64,000 nt of DNA from Lama guanicoe (taxonomy: Eukaryota), in the NCBI GenBank assembly GCA_013239625.1, contig MU054541.1, positions 7,793,530-7,857,529 of the forward strand, given 5' to 3'. The notes beneath the pieces were generated by a model that ran no database searches, was not told the DNA's origin, and was given only the letters and a program-made list of their open reading frames with translations. Within the stretch, counting starts at the first letter, position 1, and the number at the start of each line of letters is the position of its first letter. A program made the translations under genes and the position numbers. Below are positions 52,981-64,000 of the stretch, piece after piece.

Positions 52981-55699
52981 AAAAACTCTAATTCGAAAAG
53001 ATACACACACCCCAATATTCATAGCAGCCAAGACATGGAAACAACCTAAATGTCCATCGACAGATGACTAGATAAAGAAGATGTGTTGTATTTGTACAAT
53101 GGAATACTACTTGGTCGTGAAAAAGAATGAAATAATGCCACCTGCAGCAACGTCGATGGACCTAGAGATTATCATACTAAACAAGTCAGACAGAGAAAGA
53201 CAAATATCATATATCACTTATATATGGAATATAAAATATAACACAAATGAACTTATTTACAAAACAGAAAAAGACTCACAGACTTAGAAAACAAACTTAA
53301 GGTTACCAAAGGGGAAAAGGCGGGGTGGGGGTGGGGTGGAGATTAGGAGTTTTAGGATTAGCAGCTACAAACTAACATATACAAAACAACAAGGTCCTAC
53401 TGTATAGCACAGGGAACTATATTCAATATTTTGTAATAGCCTATAATGAAAAAGAATATGAAAAGGAACGGGTATATGCAAAGTATGTGTGTATGTATAT
53501 ATGTATTTGTATATAACTGAATCACTATGCTGTACACTAGAAACTAACATAACATTGTAAACCAACTATACCTCCATAAAAATAAAAAAGCCAAAAGTAA
53601 ACATTTATCTCAGTGGTAACTTAGAGCATTTTCCTATTAAAAATAAGCCCAAACCTATTTATGAAGTAGAAAGAAAAAATCTGCAATTATTAAAACAGAT
53701 CAAAGAAAAGTTCTAGCACAGAAAGGCTCTTTTCAGGCCCCAGACACAGAAAGCTGAGAAACCTTGTTCTACTGTGCATCGTCCATCTTCTCATCTCCCT
53801 CTGACAGATGAGGAAACAGTGCCTCAGGAAGAGCATTTGGCAACTCAGACAGGATGAAGCCACTGCTGAAAACTCTTAGAGAACACACAACAACATTCTG
53901 TTAGAATACCTGAATTAACAGTCCACGGAATTCACATAACAGAATTTTGAGACGCTTGGATAAATGAATGGGTTCATTTCCTGTTGTGGGGAGGGGCATG
54001 GGGCACGGGATCTGCTGTCATGGCAATCATAAACCAATGCATTCCCACCCACTCTTGACAGCGGTTAAAATAAACACAAATGAGAACTCACCCTACTTGC
54101 CCTTGCAGAATTATGTGACACTCACTCTCCCCATCATCTCCTTGAGGGAACTGGCTTCGTCCCCATCTCTGTGCAACATCCTCCGGGAGACACCCCCCCA
54201 CCCCCAAAAAAGAAACCCACAGCCTAAAAATACAATAAATTTCATTTTAAAACATAAGCCACTGAGAAAACAGTGATGAGTATGTGAAATTGCCCTTCAC
54301 AGTAAACGTGACGAGCAGCATGAATCTTGTGCACCAAGGGACAGCCACAGTGTCATTTAGAGCCGTCTCTCTGTCTCTGGTCTAAAACACGACTTGCTTT
54401 TGTAAAACACAGAAACTGTCAGGCACACAGTGAAAGGTGGAGACAGACTGATAGAGGTGTGTGTGTTTTATGGGTAGATTCCCCCGCTGGGTATAAATTA
54501 AATTAAATCCTATGCAAGCTGAAACGTGTGAAATTCGGGAAAGAATGGGGTGCGCTGGTGCACAGGTACCTATTCCCGCCCCCACCCCACCCTGCCACGC
54601 CCACATTCACACATACACCCTGGAAGGGCCTTGGGGGAAAGGCTGGTAGGACCTGAACAGGGATGTGATGATACTGCACAGCCTGTCAGCCAGAATGCCA
54701 TCCCTGAACATCAAGTACAAAACAAAAGGAGAAATAACTCACACGGACATAGTACTGTTTCCAAATTTTCCTCTGCGCAGCCCAGAAAGCATAGTAGGAA
54801 GCATCCCCAGACCTATGTCTGTGCAACCGCTGTGGGTTTATCTACCTGCCCAAAGAGAGTGTCGCCTACTGCACCCTACAAGGAGCTGGGAAGAAGCCTA
54901 CACATAGGAAACGGAAGCCAGCCTGCGATGCTCCCCTGCAAAGGCGGTCTGAGGTTAAATCACACTGCCTGCTACGGTGAGTTGTTCATAGCAGGAAAAC
55001 ACCTATGCCTTTGGGAGGACATACTGCACATAAGCAACTACCTAAAGTAAAATTACACCCCGGGGGCAAAAAAAAAGGTTGGGGGTGGGGAGAAGGCGGC
55101 GTGCAGCCAATCTATAAATAATTTCAAATAAACCGCAAGGGAAGGAAAGACATCACTGTTCTGTTTCTGCACAAGGCAGATGAGCAAGCTGAGGAAGGAA
55201 ACATTTGGGGGCATATAAAGAAAAAGACATCGTCTGTCTCAAGTAGGCAGGGGAAGATCGGCCAAGGCCCGACCTCAACATCTATGAAGGAAAGAGTAGG
55301 GCAGACATCAGTAAATCGGAGCCACGCTTCACCCGTGGGTCTGGGGAAAGGTCTGTTCAAAGGAGAACCTAAAATGATCACAACTCACCAAAGAGAAAAA
55401 TCAACTCAACTCATTTAAATTCTTACCTAAAGGGGTCACGCAAACTATCAAGTGGAGACACGGGGAGACACAGTTTCTACATTCCTAGATTAAGGGTTAA
55501 CAGTCCTGTGAGACCAAGCCCTTCAGGAGGAGCAGAACTACATCTAACAGCTAAAGACCAAAGGCCCCAGAATTCTTAACACCGCAGGGATCACCTCTGT
55601 CCACTTCCAAAGCAACTCGGCAGAGAATGGGTATTTAGCATTTATTAAAGGACAGGTGCTTTAAATCACATGTAGCGTTTAGTCCAGGGGTCACCAGAG

Positions 55700-55872
55700 C
55701 AGTGGCTATCAGAAGGTGATTCTCTAACCAGCAGCATCAGATCACCTAGGAACTTACAAATGCAAATTCTCAGACTCACTGAATGAAAAACTCCGGGAGT
55801 GGGATCCAACAAGCTGTGTTTTTAACAAGTCCTCCCGGTGGTTTCCTGCACACCCAGGTCGGAGAACCACTG
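55700..55872. mobile_element. MER5A, near full length
   Basis: Termini CAGTGG...CCACTG. Internal CAGCAGCATCAGATCACCTAGGAAC, AAATGCAAATTCTCAG and TGTGTTTTTAACAAG. Confidence 0.85.
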
Positions 55873-57944
55873 GGTAGAGCCACCAGCCTGTAAGGCACTG
55901 CAGCTACCACTTACCAGACAACGAAACGGAGGCCCAGAGACTTAATGCAGCTTTTCAGAGCATAGATGCCAAGCAAACGTGGCCATTATTCCAAAGCCTA
56001 TACTCTTTCCACTGTATCAAACTACAGGAGCATTCTGTCCCTAGCACTGGACACGGAGACTGGTTTAACCATAAAGGCAACGTTGAAGATCTACTTTATA
56101 TTTTAAATTAACAAGACCAGATTCAGTGCAAAGTGATTTTAATTCTAGATTTACCCTCTCACTTGTTGATAAATGCTACTTTCAAAGGTAGCACCAAAGG
56201 CAGCTACACTGGTGCTACGTGAACCGTAGGTCCTAGTTTGATTAGCAGAAAATAACGCGGGCACTGCTCGCGGCAGGGTCAGCCTGCCCACCTGGCCAGG
56301 CATGCTGGGCACAGGCTCCCCACTGGTTTTACCTAATATGAGAGGTGTGTCCACTCCCACTGGCATGGCTTCAGTAACTACTGGCTTAAGGAGATTTCAT
56401 CAAAAGCGGTTACTACGTTCCTAGATTCAGGGTTAACAGTGGAGACAGAACCTTTTTGGGAAATCTGCGGTGTCACAATCCAAACTGACAACTGTACGTT
56501 TCTTCACTTTCAATGAAAGAGAACATTTTATCCGCGGTCTTAATTTAAATACTTCTCTGGATACAAATTTCATTGTTTTAAATATGAATTTTGAAAATCT
56601 GGGCAAACACAGGAGACCAGGAAAGATGGGCAAGAGCAAAGGTCTGTCCTCAAATAGGGATTCAAGGGTGTCCTGCCCACCTAAGATCTGAACCGAAAGA
56701 TGTGACCACCACAGGAAAGCACCTGTTCACACCAAAGGGAGTGGGAGGAGAGGTAGTGATGAGGAGGGAAAGGGACACACAAAAGGCCCGATGAGCAAGC
56801 CTTCCATGTGTCTGCTGGCATCCCTCTTCGTGCCCTTGAAAACACACAGATCTCCATCACAGAGAAAGCTGTACCTGCCTCACCCTCCTCTTGCTTCAAA
56901 CTGCAGCCCAGACTCACAGCAGGAGGGCATCCTTCAGGAGACACACAGATTTCGGCTGTAACCTGGGAAAGATCGCTGTGTAATTTTGGTTTCTAAATTG
57001 TTTTAAACATTAAGACACATTCTCACCACAAGGATTCCCAGCGCCTCAGTCCTCTGTAAGCCTTAGGTTTCTCATCTATGGACCCAGATGATCTGACATT
57101 CAGATGACCTATAAGGGCTCCATTTATCTAGGCCTCGTTCTGCAAGACTGGACTGGCACAGTCCTAAGAAATGAGGATCGAGAGAGAAATTACGGCCAAG
57201 GTGGCTCAAATTCCTAACAGAGGGAGCTAGCTACAAGCTCCAGAAAGGCCACACGCCACTCCACGTTACACAGCGGCATTTGCCAGAACAGCAAGGAGGT
57301 CACAGTACAAACGGCCTGCAGTCTGTCATGAGGGATGCAAACACAGCTCTCGGGGGCAGGGTAACAGGCTGAACAAATCAGTAATTATGTTCGAGAGAAA
57401 GAATGATTGAAAACAACATATATTTTACAATTGCGAGAATCCCAATCTGTAGAGTTCCAAGTGGACAGGCCAAAAACAAAAAACAAAAACAAAACAAAAA
57501 AAAAGTCTTAATGAACACCCCACAGGGCACCACAAAGTACCCCACCCCAAGACTGGCCTGAACAGTGTTCACGGTTACTCAGAGCATCCTCTACAGACCA
57601 CTCATTCCTCATGCCAAGGTGGGCTTTGGCCTGGACAGAACGCCCAGTAGTCCTACCATCCCCAGGTAAGTAGACACTGACAAAAATGGCCCTCCCACGA
57701 GACGATAACCACCAAATGGATTTACATCATAATATATCAGAGCCAATGATCACTTCGTGTCATTTTTTAATTGTTATTAAAGAACAATTTACTTGATTCA
57801 GTAGAACACCTTGCCCGTAGTACAGTTACATACTCCACAAGAACAGTGCTTCATACGAAAGCAGCAGCCTCTTAAAAGGCCTCCGTTCATTTCCAACTAT
57901 GTCTGAAACCAAGCAGGGACAGCAGCACAGATTCTCTTTTATTA

Positions 57945-58094
57945 TTTTATCTGTTTTCTATTTGTGTTATTTTTTTAAATTTTAGAACATTTTATTTTTG
58001 TACAGTTTTTAATTGGAGGAGGGGTGGTTAGATCTGTTTATTTTTAACGGAGGTACTGTGGACTGAACCCAGGACCTTGTGCTATACCCTCCCC
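57945..58094 (-). mobile_element. Camelid-type tRNA SINE with an internal deletion
   Basis: GGAGGTACTGTGGACTGAACCCAGGACCTTGTGCTATACCCTCCCC is collinear with the copy at 10339-10458 but 28 bp shorter in the head. Long AT-rich tail. Confidence 0.8.
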
Positions 58095-59014
58095 AAAAGA
58101 TTCATTTTTAAGACCCTGTTTTTGTTTTCCTTTTAAATGTTCTCAATCCTTCTACGTTTTATATATGGTAGACACCAGGAATTAACATAAATGCCAGTTC
58201 TACATAATTAAAGCTTTCTTTAAAATGGTCATATATGCTATTCATATTTTCTTCAAAAGCAAATAAACAAGAGCTAGGTCTTCTCCGACCTCTGAGAAAA
58301 CCAAAACCTGAGAGGATAAGGTAATATATGCTTATCACCATCATTATGAATGAATAATACTTATTATCATAGAATTTGATGATCACCGTAAGCATCTCAA
58401 AATTCTAAGGATACCAGAAAACTGTGGTCAACCTTAAGTTAGCACCACAGGAGGAACCACAGGGCCTTCAGGCAAGAAGGCATTTCCTCCTTCACTTGGC
58501 ATCACTAATTAACATTGCTGATGGAAATTCAGTGACCTTATACTGTGGCAGCTGGAGGACTCCAGACGCTGCTGTGAAAGTAGAAACAGGCACTTCCTTA
58601 TGCCCTAGTCAGATGGGTCACAAGACAGGCCCCAAGAAGTAAGTTTACAAATTGTATTTTGGTATAGATGGATGCATAATTTTGGACCTAGGAAGCATTT
58701 ATGAAACCAGAGAGAGAGAGAAGAGAGGAGAAACAAGTTGGGGCGGCGGGGGGGGGGGAATAAAAGTATTCTATCACTACCAAAAAGTTTGCTCCTAACC
58801 CTTTAAAACAAAACAAATAACTATGGGTAATACCTCAGAGACACGCAACAGGCAGACAGACACACAAGTACACACACACCTACGTTGCAATATGAGAAGA
58901 GGGATGAAAGATCTGGACAATTCTAAACAGGAAAATATGCTTCTCAAACATAGCGACTCCTCTGGGAAGCCTTCCTTTCCTTACACGTTATTTGGCTATT
59001 CTTAGAATTGGTTT

Positions 59015-59130
59015 ACCTTCACAAAAACATGCAAACATACCAGATACTCCACCAGCCACTGGGGACATAGAGACAAACAGGACGATCCCAGCTCTGAGGG
59101 AGCCGAGGGCCAAGCCCTTCTCAAGCCTGA
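59015..59130. mobile_element. L2 3'-end fragment
   Basis: CACTGGGGACATAGAGACAAACAGGACGATCCCAGCTCTGAGGGAGC resembles the L2 3' terminal region. Confidence 0.5.
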
Positions 59131-62100
59131 AGGCCAAGGGACAGCCAGGCAGCAGCGACCACCCGAGTCCATCGCCACCCAAACACACTGAAAAAAAAAA
59201 AAAAAAATGAGACTGATGTTGCCGAATCCACACTCACCCTGTGGGATGGGCTTTAAGCTAGAGGGACAGATCGATCAAGGCATTTTATGAAGCTGACACT
59301 CTTTGAAAGATTCTGTGTTTCTAAATCGAAGCAAGAGAGAAAATATTCTTGCCCGATATTTACCTTATTCCAAGGGGGAAAAGCTCACCTATTATCACGA
59401 TTGCTTATTTAAATTTCTAATAGCAGAAACGAACAAAAGTTTTCTCCCCCACGACACACACACAAGTACTTCAGTGTGTACTTCAGAATCTCTACAGCCA
59501 AGTGCCTCACCCCCACCCAGCCAATTCTACCGTAAAAATGGAGGGGGGAGAAGGAGGGAGGGAAGGAACAGACGGGGGTGGGGGGGGGGGTGGTAAGAAC
59601 ACTCTATTCCCATCTTAGTCGCAACCATGTGCAATGCTTTTAATTGAGCTAAGCAGCCAAGTGAGGTGCTGACATTAAGGAACACGCTGCATAAAAAGCC
59701 ATGTCTAACAACCCCTGCAAGCACTCACATGTGAACCACAAGTGACACTAATGGCTGTCACCCCCTTCACAAACGAGGTGACTCCAAACCCCCACACACC
59801 CAGCATCTCTGTGCGTGCTCTCAATTTCATCAAGGAAGACTTCCCAATGGGTAAGTTTCCAGGAGGGTCGGTTACTACTGAAAAGATCATGGGCGTGTTT
59901 ACGTTTGTCCTTTGGAGGGTGTAAAAGGCCAGAAGGGCAAGAGCATGGGACAGAGATGTTTGTGTTTAAAAGATGAGAAAGAGATGTGATCTAAGAGGAA
60001 GCAAAGAAGCTGGTACCCAGTTTCCGTGGCAACCACAAAGCATGCTAGAGCATCATTTGCATGGCAGGTGGAAGTGATATCCCTGCAATCAGACCTCAGA
60101 GGGAACAGGAAAAGGAAACGGCCACAGCAGTAATAAAACTGCCTCAAATGAAGTTCCACCATTTTCCTTAAACAAATACACGTGGCAAAGCCTGTGCGAC
60201 TACCAGGAACCTTAGCCAAATTATAGGAGCAGCAGCCCATGTCCACAAGTCTCTAAAACTTTGCCCTTGGCAATAATTAATGGCGAATTAAATCAAAGAT
60301 ATTTTGCCAATCTCTTACCCTACAGAGGACACACATGCTCTGGGGCAGCCCTGCGTTTCCCTTCCCTTCCTTCACACTAAGACCCACGTGCGCTCACCTC
60401 TTAGAAGGGTAGTGTGTTCGTGCTGAAGAACTGAGTATCTATGAAGACTTCTCTAAACAGAATCCCTTTCTAGTAGGAAAAATAACATATTAAGCAAAGA
60501 GAAGCCCAGTTTCACTAATGAGAAAGCTTAATGCACAATTCCAGGAAGGTAAGCATTAACAGTAAATTTTAAAATAAATTGCACAATGCCAGAAAGCTCC
60601 ACCTCTCCTTGCTTTACACTCCTACGTTGTGTTACTCCAAATACAGCAAGGTGCTACCCCACTCCCGATTACCCAGGCCAGACAGGTGGTGCTTTAATAG
60701 ACACTTAAAGATGGAAATTCCATGGTAACTTTAAAAGTCAAGAAAGGATGGAGCTGATGGAAATATATTCTGAAAGTCTTCTAATAAAAACCAGACAACA
60801 GTAAAGCTTTTCGATTAGTACCCTCATCTCCCTTCTAATTAGTCAAGAACCTCTTATGTTTAAGTCTACCCTTCCTTTGACCTAAAAAAAGAAAGATCAC
60901 GACTGGGGTTTGCTGTTCATTTAGTAAGGTGAAGACAGGGAGCCTGCTCCCTCCTATAATCGAAAGAAGCTAATGCTATCACTCAACATGCATTCAACAA
61001 GTACGGATTCATTGCCTCTCAGCACATCCTGTCTTAGACCGATTTGGGGACCAAGGCTAAAGCCTACCAGGCACCGATCCACTGCTGAGCTACGTTATCC
61101 TGTTTAATCCTAAGAACTGCCTGGGTTGTGGGCTACTGCAAGGCTGCCTAGCTGGGCTGGTCCAACTCGAAGCCTGCACAGCTCCTGCCGGCCCCTCCCC
61201 CCAGACTCTAGGGCCCAGGACAGGTGATGGGGGGGTGGGTGCGGTCTGTTCTCTGGACAGGTGACTTCTTAAATCAGTTACAGTACTGTGTCAATCCTGA
61301 GGCTTCTACAAGATAGAAATCTGGACTGGGATCTGATACTTTTGCCTCAACACCCACGTGTGCCCTTACCCTGCCCTCTTCCAGCCCTCCTGTCCCAAGC
61401 ACCGAAGCAGATGAGGCCCTGCAGAAGCAGCCTGCTACAGAGCACAAAGAACTGTGTGGGTCAAGGCTCAGGCCCTCACAAGGATGGCCAAGGGGCTCTG
61501 GGCCATCACAAGCCGGCCCAGCTCCTGCAGCCCTGGACCCCGACCCAGGGTAACAGGTAGGACACAGCCCAGGGTGAAGTCGAGCACACAGAGAAGCTAC
61601 GCGCCCCAGCTGGGTGTATCAGTGGGCCCTGGCTAAAGCTAGAGACACAGGGTAGAGAAAAAAACATTCCAAAGGGAATCTGCAGTCCATCCTTCCATTT
61701 AAGCCAAACAAAACTATGCATATTCCATAAACGGAACCTCAAAATACCAGCCCAGGTTTGGTCAGTCACCCAGGAACCCAGTTCCACATTCTTCCAAAAT
61801 CCACCCTCTGCTTCCTCCAGCAGCCACGCTACACCCCACCCCCTAAAACACCAAGTCTCTCAGCTCCCTCTCCTCTAATCCGAGACTGGGCTGTACCTTT
61901 ATTCCATAAAGGGGGTTGCCGGTGCCTTCAGACACCATTCACACGCACCGACAAGAGGGTCTAGCATGTGAGAAAGAAGATACGTGTGGGGAGGGACTCC
62001 ACAAGATGCTTCATGGACAGAAAAAGGACCTGCTTCCTGTAAAACAAAGCAACGCAAAAGATAGTCTTGAAACCCCTGGTCATGCCACACAGGTAACAAT

Positions 62101-64000
62101 CTGCCAAGCAGTTAAAATTCCAAGACAGGAAGGGGAAAAGGGGAATCCCATAAACCTCCCACGAATAAGTTCATGTGCAAAACCAGTCGTGCGTTCTGTT
62201 TACTGGAGTAGCTTCTGTGGTTCTGCAGACACCCTGGCCAGGCTCCTGCAGGGAACGGATATGTCTCCAACCACAACCCTGGCCTGTGCCATCCTGCAGC
62301 CAACAGAATGTGTGTGTCCACAGCCAGAGAGAACCTCTGGCACAACTGGAGATGCCCCCGCAAGCCCTGAGTCACCTGACCCTCAGGGTCACCTTGGTGG
62401 CCATTTTATCTGGGAAAACAAGGTTAAGGTAGAGCTGAGGGATGTAAACTCTACCCCAAACTCAAACAGCAGGACAGGGGAAGCAGATCCAGGAGCAGGT
62501 ACCTGAGGCGAGCAGCCCCTCAAGCCCCCTGACTAGATGAAAAGAAAAGTGAAAGAGGACTCTCCTGGAGGCGTACAGGAACCACCCCCTAAAACCACAG
62601 TCATCAGAGATCTACCTGGAACAGTCACCTGAAATGGGAGAGTCAGTGAGGGCCTGACAGTTCTCACAGCCAGGATGCTCTCACTCTGCCCAGCGTCCTT
62701 CTGCAAGAAAGCAGGACCTCTAACTTCTAATACTGGAGGACTCCAGAGATCATTTCAAAAGCAAAACGTGCTTTGCTCAAAATAAACAAGTTTTGTCCAT
62801 TTTCTATCTACTGCTTGGGTTATAATGAAGGAAAAACCTTCACTTCTTAAAGAAGGAATACAAGCCCTGGCAGAGAAGAGGGCATTTACTAGGTTGTATG
62901 ATCTGAGGGGCCACAAGGTGGCCATTGCACAAAGGTGCTCAGCTGATGGGACAAGAGGCACTGTGACCCAGCCATGGTCCAGCTCGCCAAGTCAGGTACT
63001 GCTGGCCCAAAAGGAGCGCCTTTCTGGCATTCTCTGTCCAGCTGATATCTGAAAATACTAGGTCTGATATTCTCGATGCAAGGTGACGTGCTGTAGTGGG
63101 AGACTTCCCAGGATTACAGGTCTGAAGACGGGCTCAAACCGTGACTTCGCTGTGCATAAGAAACGTGTCAGTGGGGAAGCATTCTGAACATTTGTTGACT
63201 CAGCTCTAAAACAGGGCTAAAGCCTTTCAGGCGTTTCATTAAGGATTAAGGTAAGATTTATCAGCACAATGTGTTATGTTCACTAAGGGAACATGCTTCC
63301 TCTTCTAGACACAGGGGTTCTGAGCCTCACAGAGTATCAAGGATGGATTTCCACTTGGCGCACCCTCTCTTATGGAGTGAAATTTTCTATTTATAGGTCA
63401 ATTGCTTCCTTATTTTGAAATTTTCTTTTACACTGCATCAGGGCCTACTTACGCAATTCACTTTTTTTTTCTTTTCTGATGACTAATTAAACGTAAGGTT
63501 ATGACTGTGACTAAGACAAAGCGCAAACACGGTAGTTACGCTTCCTGCGGTGCACTTCTCTCTCAGTCTCATTCGGTCAACATTCAAAGAACAGAGAAGA
63601 ACTTCGGCTTCTAGTTAAGGGACAGGATTTATCCCCCTGCCTGAAAGAACTAAAACTCCACACAAGACAATGGGCATCACACAGCAAAGCACAGTGGTCC
63701 CTGGGAAACAAATGATTGCCCAAGTGACTGCCTGGAGAGAATGTCCGGGCCAGAGCACACAGTGGGGAAACAAGAGGAATCCCTGAGTCGAGGAGAAGGA
63801 ACTGAGAATTAGTACTCTGCCCCACACATGACTGAACTGGATGTGGGTCAGAGCACTGGACAGGCAGGAGTCACCCAGAAAGCCCTGGAATCCGGTGAGG
63901 ACCCTCTTCAACTACTCGTTCATATGTGAGGAAAATACTCCAAGACAGGATTAGAGGGAGCGGCCCCCAAACCCCACACAGGGTTGGCAACGGGCCTTGC

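Larger units (their letters stand above)
51800..53590 (+). mobile_element. Younger (artiodactyl/camelid-type) L1 3' fragment carrying two nested insertions
   Basis: ORF2 motifs AAATGGGATCTAATCAAACTT and [18 protein letters not shown]...YDPAIPLLG. 3'UTR GTCCTACTGTATAGCACAGGGAACTATATTCAA...TCACTATGCTGTACAC with an A tail. Confidence 0.9.

Overview
Mammalian genomic DNA, very likely camelid judging by two tRNA-derived SINEs of the camelid Vic-1 type. The whole window lies inside the JARID2 (Jumonji, PRC2.2 accessory subunit) gene on the minus strand. Four coding exons are recognisable. By human numbering, recalled rather than computed, they are exon 4 (starts 37982, mostly under Ns), exon 5 (24461-24637), exon 6 (8499-8737) and exon 7 (starts 1919, ends under Ns near 863; encodes the JmjN domain). 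The rest is intron with ordinary eutherian repeats: MLT1, Charlie1, MER5, MIR, L2, L1 and an ERV1-like solo LTR, several of them nested. Almost all ORF-track entries are spurious. I see no evidence of a new multi-gene system. Four observations stand out. (1) The N runs are non-random, appear exact in length and sit on conserved exons, which implies that the intronic N run at 29312-29531 hides a highly conserved element. (2) A strong frameshifting cryptic acceptor lies 73 nt upstream of exon 6, near a (UG)16 tract. (3) Exon 7 has an (AP)n expansion, a GC3 shift and an A/T-ending codon patch. (4) A three-level retroelement nest lies at 51.8-53.6 kb.
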